Shown: positions 36,189-49,200 of the stretch, in pieces
How positions within the stretch are numbered: position 1 is the stretch's first letter
Layout of the letters: each line of letters starts with the position of its first letter
Assembly (NCBI GenBank): GCA_964036045.1
Contig: OZ038378.1
Location: 170,438,001-170,502,000 of the forward strand
Length of the DNA stretch: 64,000 nt
From: Eutreptiella sp. 'Long Island Sound 2002'
Lineage: Eukaryota; Protista; Euglenida
Direction of reading: 5' to 3'
Notes under the pieces: model-generated
Database searches by the model: none
Seen by the model: only the letters and a program-made list of their open reading frames with translations
What the model was told of the DNA's origin: nothing
Position numbers and translations under genes: made by a program

Positions 36189-39100
36189 ATGGTGCGGTTT
36201 GAGTTGTTCCACAAGTCGCTTGAGCAGCTCCAGGCGCTTATCCCCATCTTAAAGGCGAATGGAGTCACGGCTGTGAACCTCACCAACAAGGGGCGGAATG
36301 AGCCCCTCTTGGAGAGCATCCGGCTGCTGCAGAAAGAGATGCCCGGCGTGGATGTTTGCCAACACTTCAGCGTCAAATACCAATACCAGGTCCTTGGGCG
36401 TCCTGGTCCGAACACCTCTTTTAGGAGTGGGACCGTGGGAGAGGTACACAAGATTTGGTATATTTTCTCCCTAAACATTGAGGCCTGTGGTTTGGGGCAC
36501 AAAAGGGCTCCAAACCACAATTATGAGGACGACTGAAGGTGCATGCGGTGCAAGTCCCCCCCCCCCCCCCATGTGCCCTGCTGCAGTTCCCTTGTGCATT
36601 TGTGTTTGGTGTGCCTCACTGCGGCTGCCTCGCTCCATGTGCCCTGCGGCGGTCCTGTTCTTTGCCATCGCTGCACTGTGCGCCCCACTCCCATTTATCG
36701 TCATTCAACAGAGGAGCGTCGAGCAGACCTTCTCCCACTTCCTGAGCTTTTGTCGCACTGCCGGCGCCGCCAAGATCCTCGTAGTCAGTGGCAGTGGGCC
36801 CCGGAAAGGGCTGGACGCTGTGCAGTGCGTGGAGAGGCTGGCCAAATTAGGACCTGCACCCTTGGGTCGAGTGGAGGTGGGGGTCGCGTTCAACCCGTAT
36901 TTCCCTGACGCCGAGGCGATGGCTGAGGAGCGTCGGCGGCTGGAGGCGAAGCTGAGGACTGGGACCGTGGCGCATTTGTGGCTGCAGTTCGGGAGCGACG
37001 TGGCTTCTCTGGAGAAGGGGCTGGACTTCATTGCAGGTGTTGTGGGAAGGTCCCGATACATTTGTACACATTTGCCCTATCCTAACGAATTTGAAGCTAA
37101 TTGTCCTTAGGCAGGCTTATCTTGTGACACCTGTGGTACATGCGGCATGCCCTGTGGTGCACGATTTGGGTACCCCCCCCCACCCGCCTGCGAGAACAAC
37201 CCCTTGTCAGAACAACAGTAGGTGTTGTTTCCGCAACTTCTTTGCCCTTTATACCCCCCCCCCCCCCCGCCGCTGTCAAAGCAACAGTTGTTTTTTTTTT
37301 TTTTAACTGTTGCTTTGTCGCAAGGGGACGAGGGGGGGTAGTTATCCGGAAACAAGGAAAATGTAGTTGAATGTGCAATTATCCCGCTATGAATTGTTCA
37401 TTTCATATTTATTCAGTGTATTGTGCCGAATTGTTGTGTATTATTATGTATTGGGCCTCTTCTCTTGACTAATGGTGCACATTGTGCCTGGAGATTGTGC
37501 CATGTCCAACGCCGAAGAACAAGGATCACCCAAGGTGGCAAGGTAAGCACAATCATGGGTGCACTGCAACGGAAGCACTCCTGAATCCTAACCCCTTTAG
37601 CCCCTCTGGCCATGACAGTCCCCGAGAGAAGGCACACCATCACCAGTAAGAAGGGAAACTCCATTGAATCCCTCTCAATGGCCTCTACTTAACTGATCCA
37701 GCACTCGAAACTAGACGAACAAGGGGGCAAATAGCCATTGAAAGTTAGAAAATCACTCAAGGGTGCCTTTATCAGGGGACCCGAGTTGAGGTGCATTCCG
37801 GCTTTAGCAAGTCTGGGGGGGAACGTTAGCGCGCCGGGCGCGTGCCGGGCATCTTTTTGGACCCGTGCCCGTCTAGTGGCCTTTTAGGGGGTGCACTAAG
37901 GGGGCGCACTTAGCGCAGTGCAGCTATTTGGGTGCCTGGCTGTACTAGAGACCCACACTTTGAGATACTAGGAGCATCATGGTGACCCCCTAGCGTAGAT
38001 TTTGACTTCTGATTTTGTCCCCTTTGTTGGGGACCCCCGAGAATGCAGGGGTGACGTAGCATTTCCGCCCTCTTTTGGGCCCCAACCTTCCGGTGCTATT
38101 GAGGAAACCGGGACAATCTTTGAATCCACGCTTTGTTGCGTGGAGCATCATGGTGACCCCTGGCGTAGGTTTTGACTTCTGATTTTGTCCCCTTTGTTGG
38201 GGACCCCCGAGAATGCAGGGGTGACGTAGCATTTCCGCCCTCTTTTGGGCCCCAACCTTCCGGTGCTATTGAGGAGAACGGGACAATCTTTGAATCCATG
38301 CTTTGTTGCGGACCATGGGAGCATGTCCCGCCTCAGATTTGGACTGACCAAAGCAACTCGGCCGCCACGCAAGATGAGGCAGAGGATGAGGCGGAAGTGT
38401 GTGTGTTGTGTTGCCAACGGCGCTCCACCGTCGCAGTTTGTGATGAGTGTAAGGGGCACTATTGTAATGAATGTATTGACACCCACACTTGTGGGACCAA
38501 TGTTGTTTGTTAAGTACACTACAAATGACAGTTGGAGTGGTTGAATTCACAGATATTGCTTTATTTTGCAACGTGCTTTGTAGGGAAGGTGTGCAGTGCA
38601 ATGTGGTCTACTTGGGGGGCTTCTCCATGAGAGGGTAAATCTGGGGCTGAAGTCGGGATAGTTAATAGAAAAGTAGCGCGCCGGGCGCGCGCCGGGCAAA
38701 CATTCCCCCTGGGGATGGTTTTAGAGGGTTTGCTATTTCGTGGGTTTCACCAAATATCCACTTACTGCAAAGACATTTCCACTCATCCACTCACTCATGT
38801 GTCCAGTCTGTTTAAGGCTCTGTTGAATTGGGTGTGGGACGTGAACTGGAGAAGACCATTCCACCAATTCCAAACTAGGCATTGCACATGCACATGCTAG
38901 CGCAGCCGACCTCGATCCCCATTAATGTCCCCTCGTCTTAACCACTGTTCGCTCGCTCACTCACTGCCTTACTCCCTCAGTCACTCGCTTGCTCATTCGC
39001 TTGTTCATCTCCCCCACCCCCGCCTGCATTGAGCATTGCTGAGAATTGTGTGAGATTGGAGAGGGTTGCACAAGTTCAGACCACGACCCACGGGAGAGAA

Positions 39101-40244
39101 TGGCTGGGCTTGGAGGAACTGCTGGGCTCCACCAACAAAAACTAAGCCCGCAATGTCAGACAAATCTGGACGACTGTTCTGCTCCACTGACCAAAGTGTG
39201 ACGACAGTAGCAAACAACATGAACAAGATCACAGGCTTTGGCGATCCAGGCGTGAACTGTGCCTGAAGTACATATAAGCGGAACGTCCAAGACACACAGA
39301 AGCCTCCCTGTCATTGCTTAGCACAACACCAAACTGTGTGTATAATTTGCGGGAGTGTACAGCAAATTCACGGGCTTCTTGTCTGCTGCCAAAGAGAAAG
39401 TATCAAGGGACGCCACAAAACACCTAAACCCATTTCAGGCAAAACAACCCCAACCCATGGCAAGGTACTGAATAGACTGGACATGGTGTTGTATAGAATG
39501 GGGTGTCCAATGTCTTTTGTGTGACGTGCTTTTGTTGTGAAATGGGATTGTTCGGGGGCATTGTGGGGGAAACGGGTGCCGGGAGTGCAGTTGTGCCGGT
39601 GTGAGTGGGAGACCTCAAATTTTGAGTTAGAAAGAACGTTCCGGGTGATATTTAGTGCACAAACCGATGGATCTCAGATCCCCCTTCCGCCCGCCTCCGG
39701 CGGCTTCAAAGCGTGTTTGCCCAGGGGGTTTTGGATCGCCTGGTGGCGCACTGCATTTCCAGGCCATTGGACTGTGGTGTACTGAGGGGGGGGGGGGGGC
39801 GGAGGCGCCAGCGACCAGCCTTCAGTGAGACGCAGGATTGTCCTGTGCATGTCCATTCGGGGGGAGGAGGCGCACCATCGCAAATTCGCCAACGGCCGGG
39901 GGGAGGGGGTTGTATTTGTGATTTGTACCGTTGCTTTGTCTCAGGCCTTGACCCGGCGCTGACCCACAACGTCCGCATCATCGGGTCCCTGTTCATCCCC
40001 TCGCCCTCCCTCTTGGCCCGCATGCGATTCCGGCCATGGAACGGGGTGTTTCTCAGCGACCGCTACCTCAGCGCGGTCCCCGAGGCCGACGCCATCACCG
40101 CGCAAATCCTCGCGCTGTACGCGCGCCACGACGTAGAGCCGCTGGTGGAGACGGCGGTGACCAACAGTAAAGAGTTTGACCGCGTGTGGCGGCTGCTGAA
40201 GGGCGTCCCGGTGGACCCCAGTCCGGCGTCTCTTGTCCGTGAAG
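36189..40244 (+). CDS. MTHFR-like (FAD-linked oxidoreductase TIM barrel) domain, exons 1-3
   Basis: By-eye correspondence to MetF motifs: RFELF (SFEFF), CQHFSVK (HLTC), ILVVSGSG (ILALRGD), [26 protein letters not shown] (K..AGA..ITQ), IIGSLFIP. Also contains [14 protein letters not shown]. Confidence 0.75.
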
Positions 40245-43200
40245 GTGTGCGGGTCGCTGGCCCGGACCGACCTCCTCGTCCTCGTCTCTCCGTGTCCCTT
40301 ACGACCCTCTGCGGCGCCGATGAGGAAGCACTTGACGCCCGGCACGCGCATCACAATCATGAGGGCCATGGGAGGGGCAGTCCCGCGGGGGTGGCAAGAG
40401 CGTCGTAGAGCGTTGGGGATGGTGCCGTGAGACCCAATCCGACGAGGCGTGGAATGGCCCTCTGAACAGTAGCGCGCGTTGTGGACGCGGTGCACATTCT
40501 CTCCCGACCGCCCTCCGCAGCGCTCTTCGTCCCTCCACCAACCTCGACAACCCCCCACAACCCTCCACAACCCTCTCCCAACGCTGTACAACCCTCCAGA
40601 ACCCTCTCACAGCCCTGTACGATAACCTGTTTGCAGGGCTTGCTACCAACGCGGCGTGTGGGCGGGCGTAGTATGAGTAGGTGTAGGAAGGGTAAGGGCA
40701 TCGGAGACGTCCACAAAACCTCTAAAACCCTCTCCAACACTCGTCAGCCCTTTTCCAGCCCCCACGACCCTTCACAGACCGAGTTATGGCCATTTTAGAC
40801 GCCCGGCCGGCCACGGCCGGGCAAAATGTTGTAGGCCGAAAACGGCCCGAAACGGCAAAATTCGCGATTTCCCGGGGCTACGTGCATTTTCAGCAAATTT
40901 TGCCCGTGGAGAAAAAAAATTTGAAGAACGCGAAATTCCGGATTTGATGGTCCGGGTTACTGTGCTTTTCCACCCTCTACAACCCTCTACAACCGTCTCA
41001 AACGCTTCACAACCCTCGAAACCCCTCATCACCCCTTTAAACCACTCTGCAACTCTCTAAACCACTCTACAAACCTCCACAAAACCTCCACAACCCTCTA
41101 CAACACCCTACAACCCTCTACCACCCCGCACACCCCTCTGCAGCCCTGCAGACTCCACCACAAGACTGTTCGGCTCAACGTCTTGCAACGCCACCAGGAC
41201 AGTCTTCGGTTCTTCACCCTCATACTACCGGTCCAGAAACCCCTACAATATCCCCCGATGCCCTGCAGCCCTCTACAACCCAAAGCCTCGTGCCCTGCCA
41301 GTCATGGGCAGCAGATCAATCACACATTCATTCATTCATTCGTTCACAGCGACCCTGGGGAAACGCGCCTTAGAGCCACCCGCCACTGACCTAAAGCGAC
41401 CGAAGGCCGATGTTGCGCCCCGCAAGACCGGCGTGGCAATTGTGTGGTTCCGGGCGGACTTGCGGCTGATGGACAATCCGGCCCTGGCCCATGCGGCGGC
41501 GGAATACACCGCAACCGTGCCGCTGTATGTCTGGGCCCCAGAGGAGGAGGGTGAGTGGGGCCCACGGGGTATGTCCGAGCAACCCACGCTCCTCAAGTCT
41601 CCCCCAGTCGCATTTTGTTTGGGTTCGCAGAGGTTACCGGTTCATAGGCAAATTGTCAACGGATCCAGCTCCTGCGGGCCCAATAGCGTTGCTGCTGTAC
41701 CTCACCCACCCTGGCCTCCATCAGGTGCCACTGCCTCTCAGGGCAGGGCTGCGGTGGGGTGCTTGGGTCTGCAAGGGGGAGTTGGAGGGCTGAGCGGCAT
41801 GGGCAGTACCCAACGCTCCCACTCCAATGCCAGACAAGCGGATCCTGCTGGGCCGGGCTGGGTCATGCAGCTCGACAAGGAGCCTCTGGAGGCCGCATCG
41901 AAAAACATACGCGCAGCATTTTTGTCCGAAAGGGTACACATTGCCAGGGCCATCCAGTGCCATGCCGCTGAGTGGGGTTGCGATGAGAAGATATGCTACA
42001 ATGGACCTCAACGCTTACATATTTTGCCCATTTCATCGCATCTCTGAAACCGGTGGGCGTCCGGACCGGTTCCACTGCAACCAGCCACCAACCATCCGTT
42101 GAAAAGGAGGGGGAGGGGACACCCTCTACACCTCAAAGTCATCGCCATGTTGCACTGATCATTTGAAGATGCGTAATTTCGGTAACCAGTTTTCACTGCC
42201 GGGTAACCGGCTTTCAAAAAGGACAGGGGGGTGGGGCCTGCGATCCCTGGTTCCAACCTGAAATTCTCAATTCTCAAGATTATATGGATCCGATGACCAG
42301 TGCTTCCATGGCCAGGCCCACAAATTGTTGGGACCAAGAGAAAAGAAGCAATGAGGATAGACAGGGGGGGGGGATTTCTATCAGCAGAGTACACCAGCAA
42401 TGGTGAGAACAGTCTGAGCACAAGGAAGAAAATAAAAGGAAACGGACGAAGACTTTGCATGTTGCATTGATTTTCCGGGATCCATTCCTTCATCTTCCCC
42501 AGGACAAGCGCTCCTGACACTCACTGACAGAAAAAGGGCGTATCCAGGGTTTTGCTGAACCAAGCAAGCGGGGGGGGGGGCGGACCCAGGCACCCAGAAG
42601 TTTGGGAAACGGAAGACCCACAGGTGTCCCACCCCCACGGCCACGGCCACGAGAGGGCCGTAATTCCCACGTGAAGGAGGTGAGTTGTGGGAAACTGAAC
42701 AAGCCCTCCGCAGCACCAAACAATCCAACGAAAGCATCGCTCTCAATCCACTGCAACCCATGCAAACCGCCAGCGCTGCGCAACACGCCTGAACTCTCTC
42801 CAACACTCTGTATTCCTCAACCATCCTCTTTGCAACCGCGTGCGACCCTCTATGGCCCTCGGTAACCCCCTGCCAGGGATGCATTAGAAGGGAAGGGACC
42901 TCAGAGGCGGCCCCAGAAGCGCTTAGGCAGGCGGATGGAGGAGGTTGCCAAAGCGGTTGGGGGCGATTACTGTCGGTTACAAATGCCATTGCAGCTGGCA
43001 CTTGGCGTCAGGGAGACAGTGGCTGGGCATAGGCTGGGCGCCCCGAGGGGGGGGTGGGGGTACGCCCCACCCTTCCAGTCCAGACCCCCCCCCCTTCCCC
43101 TTGGGGTGGCTCCCGTGATGGGAGCCCCGCGTGGGCCCACAGGGGATGGGAAAGGGGGGGGGGGTACTCCAACAATGTTCGCCACGACATGCTGATCATT

Positions 43201-46200
43201 TTGAGGTACATCACGGGGAATCTTTTTCCGCATTGTTTTTCTGGGCTGCTTTGCAGCCCGATTTCTCAGCCAGGACTTGTCCTCAGACTGCCACTTTAAA
43301 AGGGCTCTGTCATGGGAGCCCCCCCCCCCCTCCAGGGGGTCAAAGGGCTTGAACTACCCCCCCCTCCCCCACGTGCAAACCGCAAACCTGTTTGGGTTGG
43401 GGTGAGGGGCTGCAGTGGGAATGTTGGGGAGGCTGGTCCTGCCCTGTCCTGATCAGTCCGTTCCACCACCCGTTAATCCGGCGAAACCGGTGGGGCAGGT
43501 ACCCCCGCCACGCCCTTGTAATCCCCCCCCCCCCCAGGGGCGGCACTTGGCCCAAAAAGCATAGGAACTGCCTGGCGCCGAAGAAAAATCTTCCTTAGGT
43601 TATGCTGGAACTGCTGCAGTTTAGTGCTACCATTGTGTGGTGCCCTGGGGGGGGGGGGGCGTCGCTTCATGACCGCCCCCCCCCCCCCCCTTGGGGGGGA
43701 ACCGTCATGACATTGGGGGGCAGTTTTAAAGGGGTGGGGGGTAGAGGGTGTGGAATGGGTGGGGCGTGGGTGGGGCGTGGGGGGGGGAGACTTGGGTGTC
43801 ACCGTTGGGGCCTACGTAGGGATTGGGCTCAGGCCGGCACCCGTGCGATCCGCTGCGGTCGCGGTGCGCCTGCTCTGGGCACACGGTGGGGCCGTCCCCC
43901 CCCCCATCCTCCTCTTTCCCCCGCCGCTCCGGTGCGCTGGACAGTGTCCGTGGCATGGGCTGATGCCGTGGCCCGTCGTGCACCGGGCAAAAGGGTCGAG
44001 GGTATCCGGTGGTTTGGCACATCGGTGTCCAATACAGGGGGGGGCTTTAATTGGGCGGTGGGAAAATTTGTTTGGACAAATTTCGAAGCCCTCCCTCGTA
44101 CCAAATATTTCCTTCAATTTTAAGGATTCTTTGTGCCATATTGTGTCAGGGGGTGCCATAACGACACCCACCTTTTTTTTCTTCACTATGACATCCACAC
44201 TCTGATGTTACAGCTCTGCCAGATTCTGATGTAGCTTAGTTGGTAGTTGCGCTAGGTTCTAGTTCCAAGGGTCCTGGGATCAAACCTAGCTTAGGGTGTA
44301 TTTTTATATACCTTTTTTATGTCTGCACGTCTGCATGTCATCTGAACGTCATGCCCACCAGGAAATGACAGTATCCATCCAGAGCCCACCAGGAAATATC
44401 AGTGACCATCCAGAGCCCACCAGGAAATAACAATACCAATTTTTTACCCCCTTAATTTTGGTCATCCGAAAAAAAAACCTCTTAAATTAAAGCCCCCCCC
44501 TGTATTGAGACATTTGACGGGCGTGCGCTGGCGCTGATGGGTCTGTCTGTCTGTCCGCAGGAGCGCAGGAGGTGTGGCTCCGGGAATCGGTGCAGTGCCT
44601 GCACGCGTCGCTGCAGTCCAGAGGCAGCGGGCTGGTCCTCCGCGGGGGCCCGGCCGGTGCTGCCCACGAGTTGTTGGCGGTCGCGAAGGAGACGGGCGCG
44701 GCGGCGGTGTTCTTCAACCGGCGCTACGAGCCTGCGGTATGCGCCCGTGTGCCGTGTGCCGCGAGCCCCCCCCCCCTCCCGTGAGGCCGCCGGGGGTGCG
44801 AACGGCCCCCCGCCGCACTGCCCCGCCACCGCCCCCCCGTCGCTCTGCAGGTCCGCGCCCGGGACGAGGCCGTGGCGGCGCAGCTCCGGGCCGAGGGCGT
44901 CGACGTCAGGACGTTCAACGGGTCGCTGCTGTACGAACCGGAGCAGGTCTGTGCCGCCGGGCGCTGGGGGACGGAGGCCGATCCGGCCCCCACAGCCCCC
45001 CACCCCCAAGCCTCGCCCCATGGCCCCTGCCCAAGGCCCATCCACAACCCGCTCCATTGCCCACCGGCCCTTGTTGCCGCGTGGGGCCGAGCCCCCGATC
45101 GCCCCTACCCCCAACCCTTTGCCCCGATGCCACGGCACCCCCCCCCCCCCCCGTCACCCCTGCCCCTTTCTCTCGCCCCGCCCTCCCACCCACGCCCCTT
45201 TGCACTCCTTGGGCGCCCGTGGGGATAGTCATCTGGCAAACCTCCTCCGTCTCAAAACCCTCCAGAGCCGCGTATATCGCACGACGTCGCCGCCACCCCC
45301 CAGACGTGTGTGTGTATGTGGGGGAGGGGGGGGGGGGGGGCGGCAGACAAGGAGGAGGGGCGCAGCAAGGCAGGAGAGGCAACCAGGACAGGGAACCAGA
45401 ATGGAGGGGATGGGAGAGCGTGCGCATGGGAGGCAGCAACAACAAAGGGGATGGCCTGGCCAGCCAGCCCTGTCGCTACCGGGTGCCAGGGCAACCCCTG
45501 CTCAACCGGCATCAGGTGGGGGGTATCTCCCGCAGCCCAGATGGGCTGTTTGCGCAACAAGAGCGGGAGCCCACCAGGGGCAGACCAGCCGTGAGGGGGA
45601 AAGGGATATATGGTGTACGGCCGGGACAACGCGTGGAGGAGCAGGGCACCTGGGCCTCACGCACACGGAAACACAGCGAGGCAGGTTATGGACGGCCTGT
45701 GGACAGAGGCGTGTGGACAGCAAAAACAGTCAAACGACGCTGGCAACAACCAGCACAACCTCAATACGCCAACTACTGGGCGCCGCTGACGCGCAAACGG
45801 CACATCATGCCACATCCAGCACAGCCCCGGCACACCAACCACTGGGCTCCGCGAACGCGGAAACGACACCAGCAAGAGCACCGGCCCCAGCGGCCGACAG
45901 AAAGAAGCAACCCGACGCAACATGCGAAGGGAAGAACGGGTGACCGTCCAGGGCCCCGTAAAGGAACAACAATCAGACGGAATGTCACACAGGGGGGGGG
46001 GGGGGGCGCCATGACCACACCTTCGGTGGTTTGTAGACATTGTCTGCTCCGAGTACACACGGTCTGCGCATTGTAGACGGGGGCGCCGTGTTGTAGATGC
46101 GGTTGTTTTTTGTGAGCGGTGTGGCACGGAACGCCGAAACGTGCCGACACGAAGCGCGCCGCACCGCAGCGGGTCGACTGTTTGGCCCCGGTGGTCTGGC

Positions 46201-49200
46201 GGCTCGGCCCCAACCGCCTGCCTCATGTCCCGGACTGTGCGCCGGTGCCCATGCGCGGCCAATGAACACGGGGCCTGTGAGCACATCCGCAGCGGTCGTG
46301 CGATCCGCGTTGATCGCAACCGCTGAGGTCGTCACGGCGGGTCATCAATAACACATTTCACTGGGGCGCCGGGTGCACTACGCGGTCACCCACCCGTAGT
46401 CCCCCCGACCGGACGCCGCACGATGTGCCCCAATCGTTCCTCAGATTCATATGCCCGGCGGTTGGGGCGGAGGCCATTGGGGCACGCTCACCCCCTTCGT
46501 ACGCCTCTGCGAGCGGCTGGGGCCGCCTTCCAGGCCCTGCGCCGCCCCCGCGCAGCTCGCGGTCCCGCGTGACGGCCTTCCCAGATCCCTCGGCATCGAC
46601 GAACTGGGCATCGCTCGGATGCCCGTGTCCGCGAAGACCGGACAGGTCCGATGCACGTCCTCCTGCACCGCGTCTCGCATTTGACAGGGCGGTGGCACGG
46701 GGGGCTCTCGGAGGAGGCAGCCCCCAACAAATCGCCAAAGAGCCCTCTGTAGCGCCTTTGTTGGCACTCTCTGATGCCCCCCCGCCCGCCCCCCGGCGTT
46801 GTCGGGTTCCGTCGACCGCGTTCGGTTACCCGCCAACCGCCGTCGATTGGCAGCCGCTCTAGACCCTGCCAACGGCAGATAATTTCCTTTCATTCTTTTT
46901 TGCCTCAAAACGCACCGGGACCCCAGAATTGGGGGAGGGTGGGGGGTTTCGGGGCCGGTGTTGCGTCAACCCAAACAATCGTCCGATGCAACAGCGTAAG
47001 CGTCCGTGAAATGACACGCATCATCGTTTTGTCGTCTCATTCACGTACCGATTTTGTGTGCAAAGCATGGGAAGTAGGGTCCATGGAGCCCCCTTGCCCT
47101 CAGCGCGCGGGGCAGGGGATTGCCATGAAACCGGTGCTGAATGCGCAGGAGAACCGCACTCCACTGACGTGCTTTGGCCCCCTGCGGCATGCCGCGTGCC
47201 CTCAAAAACGTTTGGGACTGTCATGGAAGTCTCCCGTTTGATATGCGGTGGTGCCTTGATCGTTTCGGGGCTGTTGCTCTGCAAGGAATGCCATCCACAC
47301 GCCGCAATCAGTGTCGCCTGGAGGGCAAGTCTGGTGCCAGCAGCTGCGGTACTTCCGGCTCCAAGAGCGTGTACACATGTTGCTGCTGCTCAAAAGCTCG
47401 TAGTCGACCCCTGGGCATGGGGCATGGGGCATGGGGCATGGGGCATGGGGCATGGGCCGAGCATCGGGGGCTTTGCTCGACGCAGGATTTGACGAATCGT
47501 CGTTCAGCCACACCGGGTTTTCTTTCGAGAATTTCGAGCGGCCCCTGTTGTGCTCCTTCCCCTCGCCACGTGACGCCACATTCGGTCTCTGCCTGGGAAC
47601 ACACGGTCTCCGTCCTCTGTCCGTCCCGGTCGTGGGACGTGAACGAGATGTTAGAATCGATGGGGCATTGGATTTGAGGTGTTCTTTTGGCCAGTGGGCC
47701 CGCACACTTGTCTTTTTACTTTGTCTGGGCGCGCAGGTTGTGGACTGGGGCAAAGGCATCCGCGATGCATGGCGCTTCGGAGAGCAGCACGCGTTCGCTC
47801 AAATGCAGGCCTTCATCAAAAGTGGTCTCCCGCAATACGAGGTCTGCGGATTCCGCCTCCCGCTTCGGCATCGGACGCCTGGGCAAAGCCCGTCTCATTG
47901 CTGCGCCGCCCAAATGTTTCCAGTCGCCCGCCCAACCCCCCCTTCCCCCGCCATTTGGACCCTTTTCTGCCGCGCGGGACCCCCACGCCCCAGTCCCTTC
48001 GGAGTGTACACAAAAGGCGTCATCAGACGTCTTTTATCGGGTGCAATTCCCGGAGGCATTTGAGACAACTGCCTTTGCCTTCACGGTTGCCCCTGCTCCG
48101 TGATACAAACCCGCAGCTCGGGTACAGAAGTGCCCGGGATTGCTTGGCCTATGGCATAGGGAGCACACTCCACGAGCAAGACCACGGGCACAATGCCTGG
48201 AAATGCAGTGCGCCACGAATGGAAAGCATTTGGTGATCCAGAACCCCGTGGCCCTGCGTTGCCTGATTCGTGGTTCAGAGCACTCTGATTTTGACAGTCT
48301 GGGAAGGACTGCATGACATCAGATAGATGCTGTGCATGCACGAAGGAGGACTGTGGGCATGCATAACGTCCGGGGCGTTCCTCACATCAGAATCCTAGAA
48401 TCAGTGCTGGTGTATTTTGAGGGTGTATTTGGCATCAAACTCCAGATTGAAGGGGAAGGATGCCACTGGACCTCCCTCGAGGCTGAACTGAGTGTTGACC
48501 CCACCATCAATCTCATTGCCGTCGCCATGCAACAACAGGGAAATTCCAATGATCCCATGCACAAGCAATGGTTATGTTTCCATGATTGCCATTCCCTCAA
48601 TGCCAATGTGCACTGTGCTCCCTCACAGGCCTACTTTTCCCCAAAACGGTGATTTACTCCTCCCCCTCTGAAAAAGCATCCCACAACAGAAAAAAAGGTA
48701 TGTCATGAATTTAATGCAAACCGTTACTCACTCACATGGTGGAAACCCTATGCGGTGGATGCCATGAGGTTCAGAAGACTACGACAGACCCATGGCAAGG
48801 ATTGAGGTCCTCGATTGGCACTGACACCTTTTTTGATATGGTGGCTGCCCACTACAAGTACGTACCAACTGCGCTGCTGAGCACACCGTAGGCCCATCAC
48901 GGAGCACGGGCATGGAAATTGGGCCAAGTGCACAATTTTGGACGAAGAAATGGCCTACATCTACATACAGATCTATTGGCATTTCGACCATTGCATGTCT
49001 GTGCTCACTAAGCCCAACTGAAGAGTCCCGAGTTTGTTCCCTCTTTTTAGGTACAGAAGCACTACCTTGTGTAGAATATTGAATCACGAGCAGTTGGACA
49101 AAGTTGCACACTTTGTTGCACAAGTGTCCACTTTCTGCATGCGCTGTGCAGTTTCTCTCTGCCATGCTTCCCAAGCCCAAAACAGATGAACGTCAGGAGA

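Noticed and set aside
40245-40408. Stand-alone MTHFR-like gene ending at TAG 40408
   Set aside because: Not excluded but disfavoured: codon style degrades after a good donor at 40245 that is phase-matched to the acceptor at 41349.
40545-41280. Interstitial telomere repeat
   Set aside because: The unit is ~10 nt (CAACCCTCTA-like) and degenerate, not (CCCTAA)n.
41551-41556. GTGAGT as the exon-4 donor
   Set aside because: It would delete EWGPR, which matches the conserved EEGxWxPG segment of plant-like CRYs; the donor at 41569 fits better.
44537-46076. 468- and 500-aa ORFs as genes
   Set aside because: They are off-frame reads through GC-rich exons 5-6, intron sequence and the 240-bp repeat, giving low-complexity G/R/P translations.
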